From contig JBMNTR010000008.1 of the NCBI GenBank assembly GCA_050945835.1, forward strand, positions 25,276 to 89,275: a DNA stretch of 64,000 nt, read 5' to 3'. The notes beneath the pieces are model-generated. The model saw only the letters and a list, made by a program, of their open reading frames with translations. It was not told the DNA's origin and did no database searches. Shown piece by piece: positions 1 through 11,400 of the stretch (positions are counted from its first letter, which is position 1; each line of letters opens with the position of its first letter). The position numbers and the translations under genes are program-made. The DNA comes from Christensenellales bacterium. GTDB taxonomy: Bacteria > Bacillota > Clostridia > Christensenellales > JBMNTQ01.

Positions 1-1
1 C

Positions 2-361
2 GGCAGCATTTTCTACATTGAAGATGATATAGGTCTGTGCAATATCATTATTAGGTCTATGTCTGCCAATTTAACCGTTAACAGCGGTGTTGCGACTTGT
101 GACGGCTCTGCAAATACCGGCAGCAGCAGCCACACCATCTACCTCACAATGACACTCAATCGGCTCAAGTCCGGAGACACCACCTGGCGTTATTACGCAT
201 CCTGGACCGGAAACGGCCCCGGAGTACCCGGCATCAGACTCGTTAAAACAAAAGCATTGGAGAGCGGTTATTACTATCGACTTTCAGTGACGGCTTCAGC
301 CTACAGCGGTGGCACCTATGTCGAAACCGTCTCTTTAAATTCTGTTGTCAGGTGGTATTAA
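2..361 (+). CDS. hypothetical protein, 5'-truncated by the window edge
   Basis: The frame of the 59..361 ORF stays open back to nt 2 (GSIFYIEDDIGLCNIIIRS precedes the listed Met), so this is the tail of a larger gene. No family recognised. Confidence 0.4.
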   Translation, partial: GSIFYIEDDIGLCNIIIRSMSANLTVNSGVATCDGSANTGSSSHTIYLTMTLNRLKSGDTTWRYYASWTGNGPGVPGIRLVKTKALESGYYYRLSVTASAYSGGTYVETVSLNSVVRWY

Positions 362-453
362 CACAGACGTGGTACAACGTATTGCGCTAAAGGATGAAAA
401 GGAATGCGTGTGCTTGCACAAGCATTCGGTGACACAAACATAAAAGAAAAGAG

Positions 454-672
454 GTGCGCTATGAAATTCAGAAGTTTAAGAGTGATATGCTGGCTGCATT
501 TGCAGCTCTCGCCGCTTTGCATATTTTCTGTGCGCCAGCCCTTGCACAAAACCCCAAAAAGGTGGCTGAATTAAAAAACAATATGGCTGCAACGTGCATT
601 TTTACAGCCGGCGAATATCGCCTTGCGCTGTTGGCTTGCACAGAGGCAACAGCCTTATTTGGAACGAAGTAA
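454..672 (+). CDS. small putative secreted protein (signal-peptide-like N-terminus)
   Basis: KFKSD followed by a hydrophobic stretch MLAAFAALAALHIFCAPALA|QN resembles a Sec signal. A hairpin follows at about 688-720. The start codon is uncertain (GTG 454 or ATG 487). Confidence 0.3.
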   Translation: MRYEIQKFKSDMLAAFAALAALHIFCAPALAQNPKKVAELKNNMAATCIFTAGEYRLALLACTEATALFGTK

Positions 673-824
673 TCATAACGTTTTATTTAGCTGCCTTTGG
701 TTATAACCAAGGGCAGCTAAATTGTGAACGGAGTAAAAACTGAAACAGACACTACAAAAACGAAATCAGTATACATACATCAGTATTTCACTGTGGTGTG
801 CGCCTACCATAAAGCATACGCACA

Positions 825-860
825 GAAAAATATCGTGAACCAAAATTTGGTTCACGATAT
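825..860 (-). terminator. rho-independent terminator downstream of tRNA-Leu
   Basis: A 12-bp perfect stem (ATATCGTGAACC/GGTTCACGATAT) with a 7-nt loop, followed on the minus strand by UUUUU. Confidence 0.6.
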
Positions 861-880
861 TTTAAGCAGCGATTCGCCGC

Positions 881-967
881 TGGTGCCGGGGGTGGGACTC
901 GAACCCACACATAGTCGCCTATACTGGATTTTGAGTCCAGCGCGTCTGCCAATTCCGCCACTCCGGC
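881..967 (-). tRNA. tRNA-Leu (anticodon CAA)
   Basis: The reverse complement reads GCCGGAGTGGCGGAATTGGCAGACGCGCTGGACTCAAAATCCAGTATAGGCGACTATGTGTGGGTTCGAGTCCCACCCCCGGCACCA. It has the acceptor stem, a CT-CAA-AA anticodon loop, a long variable arm, GGTTCGAGTCC in the T-loop and an encoded CCA. Confidence 0.9.
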
Positions 968-1153
968 ATCTGTTTCATGCAAAAATAAGAATAGCACACT
1001 TTTCAACTCTTTGCAAATACCTATTTTGTCTTTTCGATATTTTTTTCTGCTGATGGAGTATAAGGGCATAAAAAAGATTTATATATGAAACCCGTATAAA
1101 CATTGGACAACTTGCATAGCTATGAACAAATGGCTACAGAAGGAGGACATAAG

Positions 1154-1444
1154 ATGCCCAGGGAATTTGAAAACGAGTTGATAAAAAGCCGACCGCACCG
1201 CTTGGTGATCGATGACCGTGAGCGCGCAACGGTCACGGGAATTACAGAGGTCATCAGCTTTGATGAAGCGGAGATCGTCGCACAAATCGATACAGGCACC
1301 ATGATCATCTCCGGAGAGTTTCTCCATATACTCAAGCTGAATCTGGAAGAAGGACAGCTCATCGTTTCCGGCTATATCTACAGCATCGACTATGCTGAGT
1401 CTGAAACCAAGAAAAGCGGCTTTCTTAGTGGATTTTTTAAGTAG
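1154..1444 (+). CDS. yabP: sporulation protein YabP
   Basis: AGGAGG RBS 7 nt before ATG 1154. The product carries HRLVIDDRERATVTGITEVISFDEAEIV, typical of YabP, and the conserved yabP-yabQ-divIC-yabR order is present. Confidence 0.8.
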   Translation: MPREFENELIKSRPHRLVIDDRERATVTGITEVISFDEAEIVAQIDTGTMIISGEFLHILKLNLEEGQLIVSGYIYSIDYAESETKKSGFLSGFFK

Positions 1445-1446
1445 TC

Positions 1447-1797
1447 ATGTATTACTATACGCTGAATCAGGGCCAATTGTTTGCAATTTCCGTGGCAATA
1501 GGGTTGCTGTGCGGAGTCGTGTATGAGGTGTTTCGGCTGATTCGCACGCTCTTTTTCCACAACAACCGCGTCATCGCGATCGTTCTGGATGTCGTGTTCT
1601 TTCTTGTGGTCGTTGCGGTGATCGCGCTCATGATACTCTTTTTAACCGATGGGCGTTTTCGGTTATTCCACATGATAGGCGCTGTGCTTGGGTTTTATAT
1701 CTATCTGTTTGGTGTGGGCAAAATTTTCAGGATTTTCTATAGTTTTTGCCGCAAGATATTTGACAAAATACAATCCAGGCATAATAATAGTAATTAG
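1447..1797 (+). CDS. yabQ: spore cortex biosynthesis protein YabQ
   Basis: Small polytopic membrane protein immediately after yabP (3-nt gap). Its size and position match yabQ. Confidence 0.7.
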   Translation: MYYYTLNQGQLFAISVAIGLLCGVVYEVFRLIRTLFFHNNRVIAIVLDVVFFLVVVAVIALMILFLTDGRFRLFHMIGAVLGFYIYLFGVGKIFRIFYSFCRKIFDKIQSRHNNSN

Positions 1798-1860
1798 ATC
1801 AATGATTGCTATATATTGTGGTGTATTATGCCGATATAGAATATAAGGGAGGGCGTGCTT

Positions 1861-2142
1861 ATGAAAAAGAAAATCAAATTTAAGCTTTTGTTTTCTTTTA
1901 TCGCTTTCTCTTTTTTGCTGGTTTCAGCCCTTTATTCCTTCATCTCGCAGCAGGGTATCCTTTCTCAGCTAGAAGATCAAAAGGCAACCCTTCAGCAAGA
2001 ACTCGACCAGTTAGAGTATGAAAATGAATTATTAGAACGAGATATCGAAAACGCCCATTCCGATGAGTTTATCGAAAAAGAAGCGCGTGAGAAGCTTGGG
2101 TGGGTTAAAGATGATGAAATCCGCTTTATTGAGCAGAAATAA
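1861..2142 (+). CDS. divIC: septum formation initiator (FtsB/DivIC family)
   Basis: N-terminal TM segment followed by a coiled coil (LQQELDQLEYENELLERDIE) and the EKEAREKLGWVKDDEI motif. GGGAGGG RBS before ATG 1861. Confidence 0.8.
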   Translation: MKKKIKFKLLFSFIAFSFLLVSALYSFISQQGILSQLEDQKATLQQELDQLEYENELLERDIENAHSDEFIEKEAREKLGWVKDDEIRFIEQK

Positions 2143-2166
2143 TAGTTAAAGGATGTTTTTTGTTAA

Positions 2167-2538
2167 ATGGCAGTTCAGGTCGGTAGTATTTTGGATGGTG
2201 TAGTCAGTGGCATAACGGGGTTTGGTGCATTTGTGCGGCTGGATGACCAAACCACCGGCATGGTTCATATCTCTGAAGTATCCTCCAGTTATGTGAAGGA
2301 TATCAACGATCATTTAAAGGTCGGCGATCCTGTCAAGGTGAAGGTTTTACAGGTGAATGGGGACAAAATCAGTCTTTCCATCAGGAAAGCCATATCGGAT
2401 GCACCGCCTGTAAAAAAAGAACCTGTCAAGGCCTTTGAGGACTTGATGAGTAAATTCATGAAGGACAGCGAAGAGCGACAGACGGATATTCGGCGCAATC
2501 TTAAAAACAAACGCAGTGGTTATTCCCGCTATAAATAG
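2167..2538 (+). CDS. yabR: S1 RNA-binding domain protein (YabR-like)
   Basis: VGSILDGVVSGITGFGAFVRLDDQTTGMVHISEVSSSYVKDINDHLKVGDPVKVKVL is a canonical S1 fold sequence. Its position after divIC fits yabR. Confidence 0.85.
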   Translation: MAVQVGSILDGVVSGITGFGAFVRLDDQTTGMVHISEVSSSYVKDINDHLKVGDPVKVKVLQVNGDKISLSIRKAISDAPPVKKEPVKAFEDLMSKFMKDSEERQTDIRRNLKNKRSGYSRYK

Positions 2539-2767
2539 TATTCCCCATAGAATACGGAGCAAAAGTTCTTGTTTTATGGTGGAAATTATGCCCGGCAAAC
2601 CCGGCATGGACAAACATCTGCAACCGTTATGCTGTAACGGGTCTGTGGATTTTAGTTTTTTATTTTAAAGAAAGAGTTTGAAAACGGATCTGTCAGTCTA
2701 GTATCATGATATGCTATAATAGAATGCGCATACAACTACATTGAAACATAGGAGGCTTTGTTCCATT

Positions 2768-3184
2768 ATGAAAAGTTACCGTAAAGTACTGTTGTTCAAC
2801 GTGCCCAACCGCAGGCAGTTTATTAATATCACATCGACCATCCGCAAATGCCTGGAGGAATCGGGGATTCGGGAAGGCTTTTTATTATGCAACGCCATGC
2901 ATATCACCGCCAGCGTGTTTATCAACGACGATGAAGCGGGCCTGCACAACGATCTTGAGGCATGGCTTGAGCGTTTGGCTCCGGAAAAACCTTATTCGAA
3001 ATATGAGCACAACGTAGAAGAGAATAATGCCGACGCCCACTTAAAGCGCACGATCATGGGGCGTGAGGTCATGGTGGCCATCACTAAAGGTCAGCTCGAT
3101 TTTGGGCCGTGGGAACAGATCTTTTACGGTGAATTCGACGGTATGCGCCAAAAAAGAGTGCTGGTGAAGATTATTGGCGAATGA
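2768..3184 (+). CDS. YjbQ/UPF0047 family protein (secondary thiamine-phosphate synthase-like)
   Basis: GGAGG RBS before ATG 2768. [37 protein letters not shown] ... [13 protein letters not shown] are YjbQ hallmarks. Confidence 0.8.
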   Translation: MKSYRKVLLFNVPNRRQFINITSTIRKCLEESGIREGFLLCNAMHITASVFINDDEAGLHNDLEAWLERLAPEKPYSKYEHNVEENNADAHLKRTIMGREVMVAITKGQLDFGPWEQIFYGEFDGMRQKRVLVKIIGE

Positions 3185-3197
3185 AACGCTTCCTTTT

Positions 3198-3219
3198 AGG
3201 CGCCGGCGGCGCCTTTTTT
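3198..3219 (+). terminator. rho-independent terminator of yjbQ
   Basis: AGGCGCCGGCGGCGCCT GC-rich hairpin followed by TTTTT. Confidence 0.7.
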
Positions 3220-3225
3220 GTGCAA

Positions 3226-3258
3226 TAAAACAGCAGCCTTACAACTGCAAAGCTGCTT
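3226..3258 (-). terminator. terminator ending the tRNA-Val/6S transcript
   Basis: The minus strand reads AGCAGC-UUUGCAGUUGUAAG-GCUGCU followed by GUUUU. Confidence 0.5.
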
Positions 3259-3261
3259 TAA

Positions 3262-3440
3262 AAAAGAACCCAAAGTGCCGTCCATTCATGTTTTAACACC
3301 TGCCACTAAGCAGGTGGGTGTTCTGTTAGCCGCTTCAGCCTTCCCGCAAGGAGCGGGTGTGCCTTCCACAAGCTAAACGAAAACTCCCGTCGTCCATCTG
3401 TAGGTTTAAAACGAAGAATGTAACGAACACTTCAGGAGCA
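3262..3440 (-). ncRNA. ssrS: candidate 6S RNA (ssrS)
   Basis: A non-coding stretch of about 180 nt lies between tRNA-Val and a terminator on the same strand. The 5' end CCUGAAGUGUUCGU pairs with the 3' end ACGGCACUUUGGG (13 bp including G-U pairs, one bulge), giving a long closing stem. The terminal sequences resemble Firmicute 6S RNA ends as I remember them. Confidence 0.55.
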
Positions 3441-3443
3441 TTT

Positions 3444-3520
3444 TGGTGGGGTTAAATGGACTCGAACCATCGACCTCTACGATGTCAACGTAGCGCTCTA
3501 ACCAACTGGGCTATAACCCC
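3444..3520 (-). tRNA. tRNA-Val (anticodon GAC)
   Basis: The reverse complement reads GGGGTTATAGCCCAGTTGGTTAGAGCGCTACGTTGACATCGTAGAGGTCGATGGTTCGAGTCCATTTAACCCCACCA, a cloverleaf with anticodon stem CTACG/CGTAG and loop TT-GAC-AT. Confidence 0.9.
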
Positions 3521-3554
3521 ACACACTAAATTAAAAACGCGGTCGTTCATATTC

Positions 3555-3582
3555 ATTATACCGAAAATCATGAATTTTTCAA
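3555..3582 (-). promoter_or_regulatory. sigma-A-type promoter for tRNA-Val/6S RNA
   Basis: The minus strand reads TTGAAA-N16-TATAAT, about 35 nt upstream of the tRNA 5' end. Confidence 0.45.
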
Positions 3583-3699
3583 TAGTTTTTTGAAAAAAGC
3601 ATACATTCCCATCTGATGCACGTTGGGCTGCCCCTCTTCCCCGCCGCTTTTCACCTCTTTGTGCCTATGATATAATGAATAAAAAGGCAGGTGCTGGTT

Positions 3700-4230
3700 A
3701 TGATGGATCAATTTGAAAAGGAGCTTACGGAAAATAAGCTCATACTACTCTATGCTTTGCGTTCATTTTCCATTCCGCTGACAAACTTACAGCTCAGTCG
3801 TATTTGCTGGGAATTGGATCTGATGAATTATTTTGATATGCAGCAGTGCCTCTATGAGCTGGGCGAGAGCATATTGGTAGACTATTTTAAAAAGCCGCAT
3901 GGGTACTTTTATGATATTACGCCGCCGGGCATCAAAACGATCGAAATGTTCCAGAAAAGAATCAGACTTTCCCTGCGAAAGTCGCTGGATGCATATGCAA
4001 AGGAAAACCGCTCGCTTCTACAGCGGGAAACGCAATACCCCGCGGATTTCCAACGTTTGAGCGCGCATCGTTACCTGGTAACCTGCCGTGTGATCGAGGG
4101 CGATTCCGATATCTTCTCCATATCCTTCGATATGCCGACAGCAGCGCAGGCGGAGCTGATTTGCCGCAATTGGAAAGACCAGGCGACTGCTATCTATCAG
4201 CACACAGTGGGGTTGTTGCTGCAATCATAA
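3700..4230 (+). CDS. DUF4364 family protein (putative winged-helix regulator)
   Basis: LTENKLILLYALRSFSIPLTNLQLSRI ... YFYDITPPGIKTIEMFQKRI matches my memory of the Clostridial DUF4364 family. The start could be GTG 3691 or ATG 3700/3703. Confidence 0.55.
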   Translation: MMDQFEKELTENKLILLYALRSFSIPLTNLQLSRICWELDLMNYFDMQQCLYELGESILVDYFKKPHGYFYDITPPGIKTIEMFQKRIRLSLRKSLDAYAKENRSLLQRETQYPADFQRLSAHRYLVTCRVIEGDSDIFSISFDMPTAAQAELICRNWKDQATAIYQHTVGLLLQS

Positions 4231-5015
4231 AACGTTTTCCCCCAAGCACATGCCGCGCGGCTCTGCACCCGTTGTAAGAATAGCGTCCAAGTCGCCCTGC
4301 ATGTTTAGCACATAGACGCCCGCGTCCTCCATCATACAGCTTACAAAAATCCGCCCATGTTCCCGATCGAAAACGATATCGTCCGGCATCTGCCCCACAT
4401 CCACCCAGGCTTCGCATTCCAACGATGCCAAATTCACCACACACAAGGTGCTGTTGCCGGTATTGGCGACCAGCATGCGCGTATCCCCCAGCGGTTTCAG
4501 CATGGCAGGCATCATACCTACATGGAGCTGCCCTGCCAGTTTTCCCTGTGCGTCGTATACGCTCAATAAGCCGTATCCTTTATGTTCAATCGTATGGGCA
4601 CAGTAGTAATAACCGTTGTGCATCAGCGCATACATGGGCATTCCTTCCACATTGATGATGTGTGTGAGTTTCATACCTTCCGTATAGACGCGTATTTCGC
4701 CGGACAGCATACATGTGCATATGATGCTGTCCTCGTGTTTGTTCAGCGAAATGGGGAATGTCCCGCTCGCGAGGATTTCTGTCTCTTGGTTGCACAGCCA
4801 CCAGATGCAGTCCGATTCACCGCAGCTGACCATGATACAATCCTGCGCAACACATTGGTATACGCATTGATGCAATAATACGCACCCTTGTAAACCACAG
4901 CTCTTCTTGGGCCCTTGTGGGCGCCTTTTGCAAGCGTAATGCTCTGTGTCAACTTCAGTGTGCCCGGATCGATCACAGCAATGCTATCATCACCTGCGTT
5001 CGCAACATAGAGCAT
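4225..5015 (-). pseudogene. YncE/YVTN-type beta-propeller repeat protein, frameshifted near 4850
   Basis: The N-terminal piece starts at ATG 5015 with a GGGAGGTG RBS (MLYVANAGDDSIAVIDPGTLKL...KGAYYCINAY). It runs into the 4225..4875 ORF in another frame. That ORF carries repeats such as MLVANTGNSTLCVVNL and HGRIFVSC. Confidence 0.5.
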
Positions 5016-5261
5016 ACGCACACCTCCCTGTGTAGTTTTGCATAATGTCATTATATGCGAAGCAAACCGGTTCGTTCCTCTGCCTTCCATGTATATTTTC
5101 ACATTCATCCCCGCTATACACACGGCATGTTTGTCTCATATACGGCCGTTATAACTGTATACAGGAGCGTTGATACCGTACACATACTGATCTGTTCATT
5201 CTTTATATATCGACTGCCCATTTCAATTTAAATGGCTGCACACGCATACTGCAGACATGAC

Positions 5262-5288
5262 AAAACCGATGCAAAATGCATCGGTTTT
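5262..5288 (-). terminator. bidirectional hairpin terminator after folC
   Basis: AAAACCGATGCA-AAA-TGCATCGGTTTT, a perfect 12-bp stem flanked by A/T runs. Confidence 0.6.
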
Positions 5289-5343
5289 CAACGTGTTCAA
5301 AAGATGCTGCGGCGCTTTTTAAGCATGCGGCATTTTTATATGG

Positions 5344-6633
5344 TTATGCGAAGGTTTCTTCTTGTTTTGTTTCTTCTATGAGCGCCTTTATGATGCCACA
5401 CAGATAGAAAGATCCGGCAACCAGCACGATTCCACTCCCATCTTTGGCAAAACGCACCGCTTTTTCCAGTGCGGCTTTCGGGCTTATCAACGGCGCCGCT
5501 TTGATTTCGAACAAGGAAGCAAGCTTTTTGACCTTCATCCCCTTTTGCTCGTCCGCAATGGTGCATACAGCACGCTGAGCGATGGGCGTCAACGCTTTTA
5601 TGATGCCTTTTGCATCTTTATCCTTCATCACCGCACAGAGCAGCACCGCTTTTTGAGCTTCACGCTCCGAATATGTATCGGCTAGTCTTTTTGCTGCGTC
5701 CACATTGTGCGCGCCATCCAATATCAGACAAATCCCGTCATAAGCAATGCGCTCAAAACGGCAGGGCCATTGCACATTCGCAAGGCCGGCTTTTATATGC
5801 GCAATATCCAGATCAAAACCGTTTTTTCCCAGCTCGATGGACGTTAAGATCGCCGCTTTAGCGTTTTCAATCTGCGCCTGACCAAACAGCGGGATATAGA
5901 TGTCCTCACAGGAGGATGCCCCCAAGCATGCGTCAAACAGCTCCCCTGTTGCGCATTCTTTGCGCGTGATCTGCATGCTGCTTGTGAATATGAGGCTCCG
6001 CATTTTTTCCTTGCACAACCCATCGATCGCCGCCGCCGCCTCATGCTGCTGGCCTTGTGAAACGACAGCGCAGCCGTCTGTGATGATACCGCATTTTTCC
6101 CGGGCAATACCGGAAAGACTATCGCCTAGATACTGTGTATGATCCTGGCTGATAGATGTCAGCACACAGACCAACGGATTGATCACGGATGTTTGATCCA
6201 GCCGTCCGCCCAGCCCGGCCTCCACCACCGCCAGATCTATGTCATTCCAGTTGAAATATACATAGGCCATGGCAGCTAAGAAACCAAAATAGCCAAAGCC
6301 CATGATGCCGTTTTCCTCTGCTTTTGTTTTCACATATTCAGCTGTTCGCGCAAAATCCTGCTCGGAGATCAATTGATTGTCCACACGGATGCGCTCTCTT
6401 GGGCTGTTGACATGCGGCGAAACGAACATCCCTGTTTTATAGCCGGCCGCACGCACGATGGATTCCACCATGGCGCAGGTCGATCCTTTGCCGTTTGTCC
6501 CCGCTATATGCACGCTTCTATAGCTGTGCTGCGGGCTGCGCATGGCCTCTAGCAGTCTGCCTGTGAAATACATGGCATTTTGTGGCTCACATGTTAAGGA
6601 TTCAATATATTGGACCGCTTCAGAGTATTTCAT
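5344..6633 (-). CDS. folC: bifunctional folylpolyglutamate synthase / dihydrofolate synthase
   Basis: HIAGTNGKGST P-loop of the Mur ligase family, plus FVSPHV and DGAHN motifs. The start at MKYSEAVQYI lies 7 nt after the valS stop. The valS-folC order is common in Firmicutes. Confidence 0.85.
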   Translation of the reverse strand: MKYSEAVQYIESLTCEPQNAMYFTGRLLEAMRSPQHSYRSVHIAGTNGKGSTCAMVESIVRAAGYKTGMFVSPHVNSPRERIRVDNQLISEQDFARTAEYVKTKAEENGIMGFGYFGFLAAMAYVYFNWNDIDLAVVEAGLGGRLDQTSVINPLVCVLTSISQDHTQYLGDSLSGIAREKCGIITDGCAVVSQGQQHEAAAAIDGLCKEKMRSLIFTSSMQITRKECATGELFDACLGASSCEDIYIPLFGQAQIENAKAAILTSIELGKNGFDLDIAHIKAGLANVQWPCRFERIAYDGICLILDGAHNVDAAKRLADTYSEREAQKAVLLCAVMKDKDAKGIIKALTPIAQRAVCTIADEQKGMKVKKLASLFEIKAAPLISPKAALEKAVRFAKDGSGIVLVAGSFYLCGIIKALIEETKQEETFA

Positions 6634-6640
6634 TACGACC

Positions 6641-9253
<2,613 letters not shown>

Positions 9254-9283
9254 CTTTCGTTTCTCCTTGCCAGCTTAATAGAA

Positions 9284-9545
9284 ATAAAAAAAACCCGCAT
9301 CGCCATTTCAAGGGCGAACGGGCCGCGGTACCACCTTGATTCAGACATGCCGAAACCGGCGGCATATCCCTCTCGTAAAGGCATGCTAACGTATGCCAAT
9401 CCGTGCTATGCTACTCGCAATTTCACACAGCAGGCTCCAAAGCGACCTTCCGGTTATCCTTGCCCAAAGCCCTCACAGCGACCCATGCAGGCCGGGCTTC
9501 TCTCTTTTGGCCGATTCAACCGTACTCCTCTTTTTCACAGCCTTT
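9284..9545 (-). promoter_or_regulatory. T-box riboswitch leader (Val specifier GUC) with terminator
   Basis: The minus strand contains the AGAGAG/GCUGUGAG stem I elements, GGAAG-GUC-GC in a specifier-like context (GUC at 9446-9444), and the T-box sequence AAGGUGGUACCGCG. The terminator is CCCGUUCGCC...GGCGAUGCGGG followed by UUUUUUUU. Confidence 0.85.
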
Positions 9546-9604
9546 ACCCACCGTCGGCATTCGGTGCCCATCACCGTATCACTTCCGGCAGCTCTTATTC
9601 TTTT

Positions 9605-10195
9605 TTATGCCTGCTCACCCGCGCCATCGCCGGCGTCCTGGCTTTTTTGGTATAACCTCGCCTCTTTTTGCTTTCGGCAGGGTATGATCACATTCTTAAT
9701 TCCGTATTGTATCATAGCCAGCAGTGAAATGGCAATAGCCGCATAGATCACCACATAATGATACGGATACACAGCATCATGGTAAAAGGTCATCACAATG
9801 CCGATCCCGAACATGCCTGTCGCCAGCTTTCCCAAGTGATCGGCGTAGACGACCACATGCCGTTTGTAGAGCAGTATGCCGCCCAGAACCATGAGCGATT
9901 CTTTTACCGTTACGATGAGCACGATGAGAAGGTGGATCCATCCAACCGCATAGAAGCTGATCAATGTGGCAATGAGCATCAGCTTGTCCGCCAGCGGATC
10001 CAGCAGCTTTCCTGCGTTGGTGATCGCATTCCATTTGCGAGCCAAATAGCCGTCCAGCAGATCGGTCGCCCAAGCGGATAAAAAGATGACCATCGCGGCG
10101 GTGTAGCTTCTGTTCACAAATATCCAGATATAGACAGCAATCAATGCAAACCGGATACCTGTCAATATGTTTGGAATATGCCTTTTAATTCCCAA
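9605..10195 (-). CDS. pgsA: CDP-diacylglycerol--glycerol-3-phosphate 3-phosphatidyltransferase
   Basis: CDP-alcohol phosphatidyltransferase motif DLLDGYLARKWNAITNAGKLLDPLADK in a polytopic membrane protein. Confidence 0.8.
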   Translation of the reverse strand: MGIKRHIPNILTGIRFALIAVYIWIFVNRSYTAAMVIFLSAWATDLLDGYLARKWNAITNAGKLLDPLADKLMLIATLISFYAVGWIHLLIVLIVTVKESLMVLGGILLYKRHVVVYADHLGKLATGMFGIGIVMTFYHDAVYPYHYVVIYAAIAISLLAMIQYGIKNVIIPCRKQKEARLYQKSQDAGDGAGEQA

Positions 10196-10286
10196 TGCAA
10201 CTCCCCGTCCTGCCTGTCAATATAAGAATAAGCGTATCAAATTTTTTTAGTAAAGTCAATAAAGTCTGATGTTGGGCGCAACGGGC

Positions 10287-11180
10287 TTACAGCTGTGTAA
10301 AATGCGCGCCCTGCTGGCATATATCCAATATCTTTACCTGCCAGCCGCTTGATTTTTCTTCAAAAAAAGCATGCATCCCTTGTGCAAACGCTTCGTAGTT
10401 TCCATCGATCAGCGCCGCGGTCGCAGGCCCTGCTCCGCTGATAAAAACGGCTCTGGCTCCCAGCGAATACGCTTTTTCAGCAACCGCGTCGAACAGGGGT
10501 ATGAACTGCTTTCTGTATGGCTGATGCAGCACATCCTGAACACCTGCACGCAAATGCTCATAATGGCCTGTGGCCAGCGCGACGGCAAATATCGACGCGC
10601 GAGAGATGTTGTCTACCGCGTCCCTTCTGGAGACTCTGTCCGGCAACACAAAACGCGCCTTCTTGGTTTGCAGTGAAAATGGCGGGATGAACACCGCACA
10701 TTTCAAGCGTTGTTGGGTGATGGTCTTTAAATGCGTCACACCATTGCGCTCACAGCAGGCGATGGTGAAGCCTCCTAATATGGCGGGTGTGACATTGTCG
10801 GGATGCCCTTCCATTTCCGTCGCAAGGTTGATCATCTCGTCTTTCGAGAGCACCTCTTTGGCGATGATATTGGCAGCCATAATGCCCGCTACCCTGCAAG
10901 CCGCCGAACTGCCCAGGCCTTTGGTCGTGGGTATGTCGTTCTGCTGGCGGATGCGCAGCCCCGGCATCTTTATGCCTAAAGTGCCGAGTGTTTGCTGTAT
11001 GGCGCCATAGAGCATATTTCGTTCGTCTGTGGGAATACCTTTCATTCCTGTTACTTCTATATGCAGCCCCGCAGACGCCGTTTCAAACTCGACCGTATTA
11101 TAGGTACGCAGCGCCAATCCGAAACAGTCAAACCCCGCGCCCAAGTTTGCGGTGGTGGCGGGTACCATAATCCTGTACAT
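10287..11180 (-). CDS. thrB: homoserine kinase
   Basis: VPATTANLGAGFDCFGLAL and PTTKGLGSSAA (GHMP kinase motif). The start is at MYRIMV. Confidence 0.85.
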   Translation of the reverse strand: MYRIMVPATTANLGAGFDCFGLALRTYNTVEFETASAGLHIEVTGMKGIPTDERNMLYGAIQQTLGTLGIKMPGLRIRQQNDIPTTKGLGSSAACRVAGIMAANIIAKEVLSKDEMINLATEMEGHPDNVTPAILGGFTIACCERNGVTHLKTITQQRLKCAVFIPPFSLQTKKARFVLPDRVSRRDAVDNISRASIFAVALATGHYEHLRAGVQDVLHQPYRKQFIPLFDAVAEKAYSLGARAVFISGAGPATAALIDGNYEAFAQGMHAFFEEKSSGWQVKILDICQQGAHFTQL

Positions 11181-11323
11181 AATGCTTCTCCTCAAGGAAG
11201 ATTTTGCCTGACGGCGCATTGCGCGGTTGGCTGTACGAACAGCATACAGGAAATGGTTTTATTTGATCATTGTAACCTGAATCCTTCTTCACCATTCAAA
11301 AAAATGCAGCCATTCCGTTATAT

Positions 11324-11359
11324 CAGCACATGGCTGTGGATTCCCACAGCCATGTGCTG
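11324..11359 (-). terminator. hairpin downstream of the EF-G paralog
   Basis: A perfect 16-bp inverted repeat, CAGCACATGGCTGTGG-ATTC-CCACAGCCATGTGCTG. The U-tract is weak. Confidence 0.4.
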
Positions 11360-11400
11360 AACCATTCTTCCTTCTATAAATCAAAAAATCAAAACAATTC

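Noticed and set aside
3262-3440. SRP (4.5S/scRNA) RNA interpretation of the non-coding stretch next to tRNA-Val
   Set aside because: The minus strand has GGGAAGGCUGAAGCGG. This superficially resembles the SRP domain IV sequence GGAAGGAAGCAGC, but the conserved GUCAGGUCCGGAAGGAAGCAGC core and GNRA tetraloop are absent. The end-to-end closing stem fits 6S RNA better.
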